This document shows, in pieces, positions 17,385-26,937 of a stretch of DNA of 41,305 nucleotides. The notes beneath the pieces were generated by a model, which was not told the origin of the DNA, did no database searches, and saw only the letters and a list, made by a program, of their open reading frames with translations. Numbering within the stretch: the stretch's first letter is position 1; each line of letters starts with the position of its first letter. The DNA lies in assembly GCA_964573385.1 (NCBI GenBank), contig CAZNLA010000004.1, positions 1-41,305 of the forward strand, given 5' to 3'. This stretch comes from an uncultured bacterium. GTDB taxonomy: Bacteria > Armatimonadota > Hebobacteria > CAIYQO01. A program made the translations under genes and the position numbers.

Positions 17385-17586
17385 TTACCACAAAAGAACG
17401 CAAAGAACACGAAAACATTGTGATTATAGAGGATTTTGCAAAACCTATCTGAATGGTAGGGAATGCCACGGACGGCATTCCCTACAGAAAAAATAGATAT
17501 ATATTGGTTTTGCAATTACCCATATAAATAAAGCATTAATTTTGAACGATTATCCTTTTCGTGCCTTTTGTGTATTTCGTGGTTAA
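17385..17586. repeat. Nested spacer repeats: inverted D-family arms (17385-17415, 17555-17586) enclosing a B-family MITE-like element (17436-17515)
   Basis: TTACCACAAAAGAACGCAAAGAACACGAAAA versus CTTTTCGTGCCTTTTGTGTATTTCGTGGTTAA. The inner element is bounded by TTGCAAAACC and GGTTTTGCAA. Its central hairpin is GTAGGGAATGCC-ACGGAC-GGCATTCCCTAC (17456-17485). Confidence 0.7.
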
Positions 17587-17610
17587 TATCTTGTCATGAC
17601 ATTTTACTTG

Positions 17611-20016
17611 CTATATCCTAACCACAACCTTGCAATATTTTTTACCGGCAACTGGTATTATCAAATTACCCTCTATTATTTTACCATCAACTTCTATCTC
17701 CACCGTTTCTTTGCCGGTTTGTTCCACCACAATATCATACTTACATCCTCTGAATATTCGGGTTGCCTTAAAGCCCGGCCATGTTGCAGGTATACAGGGG
17801 GTTATTCTTAATCCCGCGATTTCCGGTTTTATTCCCAGAATATATTGTGTCGCCGCGATATACATCCAGGCGGCAGTGCCGGTTAACCACGTGACATTTG
17901 CCAATCCAAACCGGTCGGCATCAGGCCCGAAAAGGTTGCTGGCGTATACATAAGGTTCACCCATGTATCTTTCCATACCTGCTGTTTGCATGGCAATGTG
18001 CGGTATCATCTGGTGGTAATATTTCCATGCTTTTTCCGGACGGTTTAACATGCATTCCGCAATAACTGCCCATGTGTTGGCGTGGCAAAATATGGCGGCA
18101 TTCTCCCCCATTCCCGGATGGTACGAAAAAAGCGGGTCATCCGCACTGGGGTAATCAGTCACTGCCGGATGCACCTTTTTTATCCCCAGTGGCGTATCCA
18201 GCAATTCCGCTACGCTGTCCATCGCCCGGCGTTGTTGTTCGGGGGTGCCCATATCTGCCATTACAGACCAACTCTGGCTGTTTAAAAATATCTGTGCCTG
18301 TGGCGCGGTATGTGTACCCAATACAGTGCCATCATCCATTATCGCTCTTTTAAACCATGCGCCGTCCCACCCTATTTCGTTCACTACATCGGTCAGGTTT
18401 GATACAAATTTCTCTGCCAAACCGGCGATATCTTCATCATCCTGTATCCGTGCTAATTCAGCTAATTGCGGCAATACCAACCCCAATTGCATCGCTGTCC
18501 AAAAACTTTCGCCTTTGCCTTTTTGACACACCTTCCACATAGAATCATTCCAGTCAGATGCCAGCATCAATGGCAAACCATTTTCTCCCATTCGCGCGCG
18601 GGTAAACTCAAAACTTCGGCATAAATGGTCATAAACAGTACCGTTACCACCGTCAAAATAATCGACAACATCATTTAATATACTGCTGTCACCGCTTTCC
18701 GCTATCCAACTCCATACTGTCAGAATAGGCCACAAATGGTCGTCAGAATGTTCTTTGTTTAACGGTTCCATCCCTTCCACCGGGAAACACATATGATTGC
18801 AATGACCGTCATTATATTGTTGTCCCAGCAATTCATGAATCTTGCTGCGGGTAGATGTTAAATCAAGACTGATTGTCGCCAGAATATCCTGTGCGGTATC
18901 TCGGAACCCTACCCCGCGAAAACCGAGGGCATAGTAAGATATACTGCGTGAAAAAAGGAAATTACGTTCTGCCTGGTATGGATTCCATACATTTATCTGC
19001 CGTTGCGCGTCAGTATCCGGCAACTGTACCTGGCAGATATCCAAACGACTATCCCAATAACTTTTCAAAGCTTGCCAATGCGACTCAACCATCCCCGGCG
19101 ATCGCAATGCCTGCAACTTCTCTTTTATTGCCTGTGCGCCAATTTTAATAGCTTTATGGGCGGCACATGATACCCCGACTTCTGTTTTAACCGCCCCCAG
19201 AAAAAATGATACTTCCTGTGTCTCACCAGGTGCCAATTCCAACGAGCATTGCAATGCACCACACGCGTCACCACCCACCAGGTCGGACTTCTGACAACCA
19301 GTCTCCAACCCAATCGGGTTTGATTCTGACCTGTACGAACCGATAAATACATCACGATTCCCATCCCAGGATGTTAAGGGACGGTCGGCGGCAAAATATA
19401 TCTCCGGTGTTTCAGTCGGTTTCATCTGTTGAATCATGCCGTAATGATATAATATGCCATCAAAATCCTGCTGGTAAGTCGCGGAAATTTGATGTTTCAT
19501 GTAACACTGCCACTGTACTTCCCGCAGGTATTCCATCAAGCTAAACTCTACATAGGCAATCAAATCAATCCGTCGCGTGTTTTCGCTGTTATTGGTTACT
19601 TTCACCCGTTTTATCAACACATCCTCATCCGGTGGAACAAAATATGTTGCGGATGTAATAATTCCATTTTCCTCGCAATTAAACCGCGAATATCCCATCC
19701 CATGCGCGGATGACCATTTTTTCGGTTTTTTGGCACATGGTTCACCATTAACCGACCAATACTCACCATTATCAGCATCGCGAATATACAGGTAAGGCCC
19801 AGGACGATCCATCGGCAAATTATAAAACCGATACCGGGTAATGCGCCAAATCTGTGGTGACCGATACCATACCATACCCCCACCCGCCTGACTAATCATT
19901 ACGTGAAAATTGCCATTGGATAAATAGTTCATCCATGGTGTCGGCGTATCAGACCTGTGGAAAGATATTTCACGGTCAGCATCATTGAAGTTATAATAAT
20001 TTTGCCAATTTGACAT
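17611..20016 (-). CDS. GH94-family glycan phosphorylase (cellobiose/chitobiose/cellodextrin phosphorylase-like)
   Basis: About 800 aa. The N-terminus FHRSDTPTPWMNYLSNG is typical of GH94. It has the catalytic-region SDWNDSM (DWND) motif. Start set at the ATG at 20016 (MSNWQ), preceded by AAGGA. The 27-codon upstream extension in the ORF track runs into a spacer repeat. Confidence 0.87.
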   Translation of the reverse strand: MSNWQNYYNFNDADREISFHRSDTPTPWMNYLSNGNFHVMISQAGGGMVWYRSPQIWRITRYRFYNLPMDRPGPYLYIRDADNGEYWSVNGEPCAKKPKKWSSAHGMGYSRFNCEENGIITSATYFVPPDEDVLIKRVKVTNNSENTRRIDLIAYVEFSLMEYLREVQWQCYMKHQISATYQQDFDGILYHYGMIQQMKPTETPEIYFAADRPLTSWDGNRDVFIGSYRSESNPIGLETGCQKSDLVGGDACGALQCSLELAPGETQEVSFFLGAVKTEVGVSCAAHKAIKIGAQAIKEKLQALRSPGMVESHWQALKSYWDSRLDICQVQLPDTDAQRQINVWNPYQAERNFLFSRSISYYALGFRGVGFRDTAQDILATISLDLTSTRSKIHELLGQQYNDGHCNHMCFPVEGMEPLNKEHSDDHLWPILTVWSWIAESGDSSILNDVVDYFDGGNGTVYDHLCRSFEFTRARMGENGLPLMLASDWNDSMWKVCQKGKGESFWTAMQLGLVLPQLAELARIQDDEDIAGLAEKFVSNLTDVVNEIGWDGAWFKRAIMDDGTVLGTHTAPQAQIFLNSQSWSVMADMGTPEQQRRAMDSVAELLDTPLGIKKVHPAVTDYPSADDPLFSYHPGMGENAAIFCHANTWAVIAECMLNRPEKAWKYYHQMIPHIAMQTAGMERYMGEPYVYASNLFGPDADRFGLANVTWLTGTAAWMYIAATQYILGIKPEIAGLRITPCIPATWPGFKATRIFRGCKYDIVVEQTGKETVEIEVDGKIIEGNLIIPVAGKKYCKVVVRI

Positions 20017-20083
20017 AATAATATTCCTTTTAAGTGAAACAGGATTACACTGTTGAAAGATATTGTTGCCGATTAAATTATAA

Positions 20084-20408
20084 CAGGACTTTCGCACATG
20101 GTCACCCCGAAAATATCAGTGACCAGTTGCTTAGTCCTTATAAAAATAAATAGGAAAAAGTTTTCAGTTTTCAGATGTGGTCATGCGCTTTACACCCTTC
20201 ACTTCGTGCCACCTCCCTCAAAAGGAAGGCTTTCCATGTCCCCCTCCTCGAGGGGGATGTCACCGCAGTGACAGGGGGAGTTTGTTTATAAGAATGCTAA
20301 TTTTTCAAATCCTGACTTTTTTACGGATCTGGTTACTAACACCCTAACCCATATAAATTGAATACGTTTTCAGTTTTAAGAATGGTCACTGAGCCTGTCG
20401 AAGTGACC
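20084..20408. repeat. Repeat-rich spacer with C-family fragments and other hairpins
   Basis: CAGGACTTTCGC (20084-20095). GGTCAC...GTGACC hairpin (20099-20123). GTTTTCAGTTTTCAGA (20160-20175). GGTCACTGAGCCTGTCGAAGTGACC (20384-20408). All have counterparts at 32.4, 34.5 and 37.1 kb. Confidence 0.6.
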
Positions 20409-20629
20409 CTCATAAAATATCTACCCCATCAAATTATACATTTTTTAAGATAATGAAGGGAATATGCGGATATGTGATAAGTTACCACTATTTCCTGTAT
20501 AATATCATCATCGGGAAACTTTTTACCATTAACTGTTTCTTTATTATGTATCAGCTAATTAAACCGGTTTTATTTCGCTAATCCGTTTAATCAGCTAATC
20601 AGAATCTATCTATTTTGGGGAGCAACATT

Positions 20630-23600
20630 ATGCCATTACCGTTTCATTTTTCAGCATCCAGACTGAACTTCTTTTTAATTGTCAGCCTACTATTGGCACT
20701 GACAATAATGCCAGCAACAGTTTCTGCTACAGAAACAGAAAATAACAAGTTGAACATTCTGCCCACCCCCGGTAAGGTTGTCATTGACGGAAAAATTAAT
20801 GACTGGAATCTTGCCGGTTCTTTATTCATTTGTTCTGATGTTGAAAATTATCGCGACCAGTTTGCGTCATGGCAAAGCGCAATGTATGACGCGGATAATC
20901 TTTACCTGCTTTCACGCTGGGTTGATACAACACCAATGAATAATCCCGGTTTGGCAGGCTCAGACATGGGTTTTGCCGGCGATTGTCTGCAGGTAAGATT
21001 CATTGTAAACGCTGCCGGCGCACCAATGTCAGGGGGAAATGACCCTGTTACACAGAAAACATCACACATCACCGCATGGTATGGCAGAGATGGCAGAGAT
21101 ATTATAGATATAGCATACGGTAAACGGTTTGATGAAGGCAATATAAAAGACGCTAAAAAATCCGGCGCGCAACAGGCATTTGTAAAAGATCCAAATGAAA
21201 AAGGATATATCCAGGAGATATCTATTCCATGGAAACTTATATCCAATGGTTTTAACCCCAAAGTTGGCGATACCATAATTATGACTTACGAACCGAACTT
21301 CAGCACCACATCAAAAATGCGTGTATCGACAAAAGACCTGTTCCGCGCCGGAGTAACTCCCGACCGAGTATTTGCTTTTATGTCATATGACCGTTGGGGC
21401 GAGGCAATAATTTCTGGTACCGGCAAAATCGAACCCATTTCATTACGCCTTGCCGACTCCCGTGTTTTCCCGATTAATATCGATAAAAGCATGCCGCTAA
21501 TTAACTGGAACGCCCTTTATAAAGATGACAAACTGGAAGGTTTCGCGAAAATAAAACTGAATCTGCCAGACGACGGTTTTGTATCACTGATTATCAAAAA
21601 CGCTGAAGGCCGGGTGGTAAGAAATCTGCTGAATGCGAAATTTATGACCCGCGGTAATCAGGAAATCCTGTGGGATGGCCTGACCACACCCAGTGACAAA
21701 AAGCCGGGTGAACCAGTGCCGGCAGGTGACTATACATGGGAAGCTATCTGCCATAAAGGCATTGGTCTATCACTTGTTGGTTGGGCTAGCAACAGCGGGA
21801 AAACTCCTTACGACTCACCACAGGGTAACTGGGGTGGCGACATGGGTGGCCCATGCACTGTTGATAATGACAATGACAGTATTTACCTTGGATGGGGTGC
21901 ATCTGAAGCCGGGAAAGCACTGGTATGCACAGACTTTAATGGCAATGTAAAATGGCGCCACAAACGTGGTGGTTTCGGTGGTGCTGCCCTTGTAACCGCC
22001 AGCAATGGCATTGTATATGTTTATGACAGGGGACAGGGAAACACCCTTTACAGACTGAACGCGAAAAAAGGTGAATATATAAATTGGGAAGGCACAGAAG
22101 AAGCAACCCTTGAATTATCTAAGATTCTGGGAGAAAAAAAACCGGCAGATACTAAAGACGAACCTGCACTGAACGGCCTGGTAGCAACAAATGGCAAATT
22201 ATTTTTAACTTACAAACCCGGTAACGCTTTATTCATCCTGAACGCGGCAACCGGAAAAGTTCAGAAAATTGTTGATATACAAAAACCTACAGATATTAAA
22301 ACCGGGTCAGACGGCAAATTATATCTGCTATACGCGGATTCAAAAATTGCTGTCGTCAATACAGATACCGGTAATATAACTGATATTATTACTGACCTTA
22401 AAAACGCGAAATGTGTTACTGCTGATAAAGAAAGCAACATATTTGTCGGCATGTCAGAACCGGTTAATCAGGTTTTTGTATATGATAAATCCGGCAAGTT
22501 TATCCGCGCCATCGGCAAAGAAAAAGGACGTCAATTAACTGGTTTATGGGAAAAAGATGGCATGCGCTTTGTAAATTCCGTTAAAATTGACCCCAACGGC
22601 AAATTGTGGGTAATGGAAGCAGACAGTGTGCCCAGAAGAATATCAGTATGGAACGCGCAGACCGGTGCATTTGATAAAGAGTTCTTCGGCCCGACAGATT
22701 ACGGCGCGGGTGGTGGTGCGATTTGCCCGACAGACCCACTTACAGAAATCGGACATGGGTGCGAATGGAAAATAAACAAAGAAACCGGCAAAGCCGATTG
22801 TGTTGCAGTAATTTATCGGGGAAGATGGGCAAACGCCAGATTCGGCAAAGGCAAAGATAACCGCGTTTATGCTGCCGTCGGTGGCGGTTGGGCACCACAT
22901 TACCCGGTAAATATCTTTGAAAGAATATCCGCAGGTAAATGGAAAATAAGAACTACGATATGGACAGACGAAGAAACACAGAACTTTCCACCCAAACATA
23001 TTAATGTCTGGTCCGACGCCAATGACGACCAGCAACAGCAACCGGAAGAAATTAAAAAATACGAACTTGATTTAGGCGGATGGATTGACGGTTGGTATCT
23101 CTATTTTAATCAAAGCATGTACTTCTCCGGTGGTAAATATAATATCAATGTAACCGGTTGGACAGCATGTGGCGCGCCGGAATACGACCTGACAAAAGCG
23201 ACAGCATTGCCATTACCGGAAGATTTTAATACCCGTGGCGGTATGGGCGCCCAGAAAGATCTGGTTTCCGAAGACGGCATTTTTGTTATCTACAACGGGC
23301 ATTACGGCACAGAACACAGCGATTTCCCCTGTTATAACATTAAAACCGGTAAAAAAATATTCGCTTATCCCAATAATTATGTCGGTGTTCACGGCGGTCA
23401 CCTTGCGCCACCGGCAAAAACAGGTTTAATCCGCGGCGCATACGATATCGTCGGAACAGCCAAAATGCAGGAACCACTGGGGAATATATTCGTTATCGGT
23501 ACTGACAAAGGCGAATGGCACATTCTGTCTGAAAGCGGATATTATGTAAGCTCATTGTTTGAAGGTGACCCGATGAAAATAAAATGGCCGGACGAAGCAG

Positions 23601-24529
23601 TACCAGGCGCAAATATGAATTGTGTACCACCAGGCATGGGAGCAGAAGATTTTGGCGGTTCAATTATGAAAGCCGATGATGGCAACCTGTATGTACAGGC
23701 CGGCAAAACCGCTTTTATCAATTGTAAAGTGAATGGCCTGGAAACTGTTAAAATCGCAGGTTCCGGAAATATCAAAATATCTGTGGAAGATACGATAAAA
23801 GCACAGGATTTTAAAATTAAATATCTCAGTGTATCTGATTCAACAAAAAGCGTCAGCATTAAAAATCAAACCGTTAATTTCACCGGCAACCCGGATAAAG
23901 ATTTTGGCAACCGGACAATGTCATATGGCCCTGATAACGCCTCAATAAACACATGGCTTGCACACGACAACGAAAAAATCTATGCAGCATGGCGTGTTAA
24001 TGATAAAACTCCATGGGTAAATGGTGCAACCGGTTTTGATAACATGTATGCCTGCGGCGACACCGTTGATTTCCAGATTGGCATTAATCCTGACGCCGAC
24101 AAAAAACGCCGGGATGCGGTAAGCGGTGACCTGCGAATCTCTATCGGGCAATTACAGGGCAAAAACACCGCGGTAATATACCGAAAAGTATTCGATGAAA
24201 AAGCACCAAAAACCTTCTACTCCGGCGTATGGCGCAACGGATACATTATGGAATTTGTGAAAATTCTTGATAATGTAAAGATAGAAACAAAAATCCAACC
24301 AGGCAAATCCTACATCGTTGAAGTGGCTATTCCAATGCAACAACTCGGAATAACTATTAAACCCGTACTCAAATTAACCGGCGATGTCGGCGCAACATTC
24401 AGCGACCCGGAAGGCAAAGACACCAACCAGAGAATATACTGGAGCAACCAGGCCGCCGGAATAGTAGCAGACGAAGTAGAAGAACTGAAAATGCAACCCG
24501 GACAATGGGGAGAATTTATTCTGGAGTAA
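20630..24529 (+). CDS. Large secreted protein: CBM9/DOMON-like terminal modules, a FlgD-type Ig-like domain and a beta-propeller-like repeat region. Function unknown, probably glycan-associated.
   Basis: Signal peptide LNFFLIVSLLLALTIMPATVSA. GKVVIDGKINDWNL...DADNLYLLSRW near the N-terminus and a similar WLAHDNEKIYAAWRVND near the C-terminus. NAEGRVVRNLLN...ILWDGLT...VPAGDYTW is FlgD-Ig-like. Repeated GKLYLL / NIFVGM / GKLWVME strands. GGGGAG SD before the ATG at 20630. Confidence 0.8.
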   Translation: MPLPFHFSASRLNFFLIVSLLLALTIMPATVSATETENNKLNILPTPGKVVIDGKINDWNLAGSLFICSDVENYRDQFASWQSAMYDADNLYLLSRWVDTTPMNNPGLAGSDMGFAGDCLQVRFIVNAAGAPMSGGNDPVTQKTSHITAWYGRDGRDIIDIAYGKRFDEGNIKDAKKSGAQQAFVKDPNEKGYIQEISIPWKLISNGFNPKVGDTIIMTYEPNFSTTSKMRVSTKDLFRAGVTPDRVFAFMSYDRWGEAIISGTGKIEPISLRLADSRVFPINIDKSMPLINWNALYKDDKLEGFAKIKLNLPDDGFVSLIIKNAEGRVVRNLLNAKFMTRGNQEILWDGLTTPSDKKPGEPVPAGDYTWEAICHKGIGLSLVGWASNSGKTPYDSPQGNWGGDMGGPCTVDNDNDSIYLGWGASEAGKALVCTDFNGNVKWRHKRGGFGGAALVTASNGIVYVYDRGQGNTLYRLNAKKGEYINWEGTEEATLELSKILGEKKPADTKDEPALNGLVATNGKLFLTYKPGNALFILNAATGKVQKIVDIQKPTDIKTGSDGKLYLLYADSKIAVVNTDTGNITDIITDLKNAKCVTADKESNIFVGMSEPVNQVFVYDKSGKFIRAIGKEKGRQLTGLWEKDGMRFVNSVKIDPNGKLWVMEADSVPRRISVWNAQTGAFDKEFFGPTDYGAGGGAICPTDPLTEIGHGCEWKINKETGKADCVAVIYRGRWANARFGKGKDNRVYAAVGGGWAPHYPVNIFERISAGKWKIRTTIWTDEETQNFPPKHINVWSDANDDQQQQPEEIKKYELDLGGWIDGWYLYFNQSMYFSGGKYNINVTGWTACGAPEYDLTKATALPLPEDFNTRGGMGAQKDLVSEDGIFVIYNGHYGTEHSDFPCYNIKTGKKIFAYPNNYVGVHGGHLAPPAKTGLIRGAYDIVGTAKMQEPLGNIFVIGTDKGEWHILSESGYYVSSLFEGDPMKIKWPDEAVPGANMNCVPPGMGAEDFGGSIMKADDGNLYVQAGKTAFINCKVNGLETVKIAGSGNIKISVEDTIKAQDFKIKYLSVSDSTKSVSIKNQTVNFTGNPDKDFGNRTMSYGPDNASINTWLAHDNEKIYAAWRVNDKTPWVNGATGFDNMYACGDTVDFQIGINPDADKKRRDAVSGDLRISIGQLQGKNTAVIYRKVFDEKAPKTFYSGVWRNGYIMEFVKILDNVKIETKIQPGKSYIVEVAIPMQQLGITIKPVLKLTGDVGATFSDPEGKDTNQRIYWSNQAAGIVADEVEELKMQPGQWGEFILE

Positions 24530-24561
24530 ATTTAAATAAATGCGTGAATAACCACAGGCTT

Positions 24562-24690
24562 TTGCAAAACCCAATTATACCTATTTTTTCTGTACGGAAT
24601 GCCGTCCCCGGCATTCCTCTTTGAGATAGAAACTCTGTATTTTCGGAATGCCGGGGACGGCATTCCCTACAATTCAGACAGGTTTTGCAA
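24562..24690. repeat. B-family MITE-like element with terminal inverted repeats and an inverted hairpin doublet
   Basis: TTGCAAAACC (24562-24571) and GGTTTTGCAA (24681-24690). Inner hairpins GGAATGCC-GTCCCC-GGCATTCC (24596-24617) and GGAATGCC-GGGGAC-GGCATTCCCTAC (24645-24670) are reverse complements of each other. Confidence 0.7.
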
Positions 24691-24701
24691 TTGCCTGAAC
24701 C

Positions 24702-24843
24702 AAATAGAATGTTCAATATCAGATGACCCCAGCGGGGTCGAATATTTATAGAACATAATTTCGTATAGTAAAACCGACCCCAGCGCGGGTCGCATATAAT
24801 TACCACCAATCTGCTATGTTATATGCGACCCGCGCTGGGGTCG
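24702..24843. repeat. A-family composite repeat, copy 1: single hairpin unit, then TATTTATAGAAC, then a 25-bp-arm hairpin doublet (REPIN-like)
   Basis: GACCCCAGCGGGGTC (24725-24739). Doublet arms CGACCCCAGCGCGGGTCGCATATAA (24775-24799) and TTATATGCGACCCGCGCTGGGGTCG (24819-24843) are perfectly complementary. Confidence 0.8.
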
Positions 24844-25059
24844 AAAATAGGTGATGAATTATTATCTATTAATATTTCACCCATCTGGTGTTGGATTGTA
24901 ATTAATTTATGAATATTTCTGCAAAATATAAACAACAATTCCATAAAAATATCTAAAAACCTGACTCTTTTCTGTATGATTTAATTTGAAATCTTCTTGA
25001 TGATAATATAATATTTGTGTATAATCCTAATGAGAATAAAGTTAAACGGAGAGTCAATA

Positions 25060-26643
25060 ATGGCTGATAATAGAAAAGAACAAGAGCGTGCGGAACTGCA
25101 CCGTACAATATGGGGTATAGCAAATGATTTGCGGGGGAGTGTGGACGGTTGGGATTTTAAGCATTATGTTTTAGGGATACTTTTTTACCGTTACATATCA
25201 GAGAATCTTGCCGGTTATATTAAGGCCGGAGAACTGGAAGCCGGGAACACAGAATTTGATTATGCCCGTTTGTCTGACCAGGAGGCGGAACAAGCACAAG
25301 AAGATTTGGTAAAGACCAAAGGCTTTTTTATCTTACCAAGTGAACTTTTTGTGAATATACAACGTACTGCCGATAAAGATGAAAACCTGAATGAAACCCT
25401 GGAAAAAATCTTTAAAGATATAGAATCATCAGCGCAGGGCAGTAACAGTGAGGATAATTTTAAAGGTTTATTTGATGATATTGATGTAAACAGCAATAAA
25501 TTGGGCGGCACGGTTGCGAAACGCAACCAGACACTTGTAAAGTTGTTAAATGGTGTCAGCCAGATGAAACTGGGTGATTATAAAGATAATACCATTGATG
25601 CCTTTGGCGATGCCTATGAGTTTTTAATGGGGATGTATGCATCCGGTGCCGGCAAAAGCGGCGGCGAGTTTTTTACACCGCAAGAGGTGTCAGAACTGTT
25701 AACCCGCCTTACTTTGGTCGGCAAAACAGAGGTTAACAAGGTTTATGACCCTGCCTGCGGTTCTGGTTCTCTGTTATTAAAATTTGCTAAGATACTGGGC
25801 AAAGAAAATGTGCATCAGGGCTTTTACGGGCAGGAAATCAATATCACTACCTACAACCTTTGCCGCATCAATATGTTCCTTCATGATATTGATTTTGATA
25901 ATTTTGATATTGGCCATGGCGATACGCTGATTGACCCCATACATTGGGATGATGAGCCTTTTGAAGCCATCGTTTCAAATCCGCCTTATTCAATTAACTG
26001 GGAAGGTGACGCAAACCCGCTGCTAATAAATGACCCGCGTTTTTCCCCTGCGGGCGTGCTTGCGCCAAAATCAAAAGCCGACCTTGCATTTATTATGCAC
26101 AGCCTTACCTGGCTTGCCACCAATGGCACGGCGGCAATTGTTTGTTTCCCCGGTGTTATGTATCGCAGCGGCGCGGAACAAAAAATCAGGAAATATCTTA
26201 TTGATAATAACTACATTGACTGCATCATTCAACTGCCCGACAATCTGTTTTTTGGCACAAGTATCGCGACCTGTATAATGGTGCTGAAAAAGTCAAAAAG
26301 CGAAAACAAAACCTTATTTATTGACGCTTCCCGCGAATGTAAAAAAGTCACCAACAGCAACAAACTGGAAGATGATAATATCGCAAGAATTGTTGACGCC
26401 TTTAAAAGCCGCGAAAATGAGGATTATTTCACCTATCTTGCTGATAAAGACGAAATTGAAAAGCAGGATTATAACCTTTCTGTTTCTACCTATGTGGTGC
26501 AGGAGGATACAAGGGAAGTTATTGATATTGCCGTCCTCAACTCAAAAATAGAAGAAATTGTTGCAAGAGAACAAATTTTGCGTGATGAAATCGATAAAAT
26601 TATTGCGGAAATTGACCTGCCTGCCGGCAGGCAGGAGGTGTAA
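25060..26643 (+). CDS. hsdM: Type I restriction-modification system methyltransferase subunit HsdM (N6-adenine)
   Basis: HsdM N-terminal region LRGSVDGWDFKHYVLGILFYRYISE. AdoMet motif VYDPACGSGSLL. Catalytic IVSNPPYS. Start at the ATG at 25060 (MADNRKEQ) after GGAGAG. Confidence 0.93.
   Translation: MADNRKEQERAELHRTIWGIANDLRGSVDGWDFKHYVLGILFYRYISENLAGYIKAGELEAGNTEFDYARLSDQEAEQAQEDLVKTKGFFILPSELFVNIQRTADKDENLNETLEKIFKDIESSAQGSNSEDNFKGLFDDIDVNSNKLGGTVAKRNQTLVKLLNGVSQMKLGDYKDNTIDAFGDAYEFLMGMYASGAGKSGGEFFTPQEVSELLTRLTLVGKTEVNKVYDPACGSGSLLLKFAKILGKENVHQGFYGQEINITTYNLCRINMFLHDIDFDNFDIGHGDTLIDPIHWDDEPFEAIVSNPPYSINWEGDANPLLINDPRFSPAGVLAPKSKADLAFIMHSLTWLATNGTAAIVCFPGVMYRSGAEQKIRKYLIDNNYIDCIIQLPDNLFFGTSIATCIMVLKKSKSENKTLFIDASRECKKVTNSNKLEDDNIARIVDAFKSRENEDYFTYLADKDEIEKQDYNLSVSTYVVQEDTREVIDIAVLNSKIEEIVAREQILRDEIDKIIAEIDLPAGRQEV
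26616..26635. repeat. 20-bp perfect palindrome CCTGCCTGCCGGCAGGCAGG forming the last codons of hsdM (LPAGRQE)
   Basis: Self-complementary over 20 nt. The core CTGCCGGCAGGCA recurs at 29555-29567 and, as CTGCCGTCAGGCA, at 29101-29113. Confidence 0.85.
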
Positions 26644-26646
26644 ATA

Positions 26647-26937
26647 ATGAGTATTATTCAAAATATCCCACAGTGTGAAAATGGTAAATGGTATGTTTAT
26701 GTTATTCTTTGCAATGACGGTAGTATGTATAAAGGGTTTACAGATAATATAGAACGTAGGTATCATCAGCATTTAACAGGAACAGGGGCAACGCATACAA
26801 AACGACATAAACCAATCGGGTTAGTTTATTTTGAAGAATATGCAAATCAAAAAGATGCTGTTTCAAGAGAAAAGTATCTCAAATCTGGTTCTGGAAGAGA
26901 ATGGTTGAATAAAAGATTAGAGGGTGATAGCGAATGA
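26647..26937 (+). CDS. Small GIY-YIG nuclease-superfamily protein (UPF0213/YhbQ-like) embedded in the hsd operon
   Basis: 96 aa. WYVYVILCNDGSMYKGFTDNIERRYHQH...KPIGLVYFEEYANQKDAVSREKYLK matches the GIY...YxG...R...E pattern. Starts 3 nt after the hsdM stop. Confidence 0.85.
   Translation: MSIIQNIPQCENGKWYVYVILCNDGSMYKGFTDNIERRYHQHLTGTGATHTKRHKPIGLVYFEEYANQKDAVSREKYLKSGSGREWLNKRLEGDSE

Noticed and set aside
13213-17610. Cobalt/B12 assignment for the cbiMNQO-like operon, with a cobalamin riboswitch
   Set aside because: I see no B12-box-like leader. The operon is headed by nikR and a NikR-type inverted repeat, so nickel is the better call, although cobalt cannot be excluded from sequence.
20017-20097. 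N-terminal extensions offered by the ORF track: GH94 from 20097, hsdM from 25015, the Fur-family gene from TTG 11762, the second kaiB from 7522 and the secreted giant from TTG 20615
   Set aside because: In each case an internal ATG is preceded by a good SD and matches the family N-terminus. The extensions run into spacer repeats, a regulatory palindrome or the upstream gene.
24516-24809. A 97-aa minus-strand ORF across the spacer upstream of hsdM, and two small ORFs at 36863-37082
   Set aside because: The first is built from B-family and A-family repeat sequence. The other two lie in a repeat-bearing spacer and overlap each other in different frames on the same strand. They are Arg/Cys/Pro-rich with no SD, so they are most likely fortuitous.
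26647-26937. The GIY-YIG gene as a homing endonuclease of a group I intron or a mobile insertion in hsd
   Set aside because: The protein is only the catalytic core of about 90 aa, with no DNA-binding extension. No intron-like structure or split host gene is visible, and it is translationally coupled to its neighbours.
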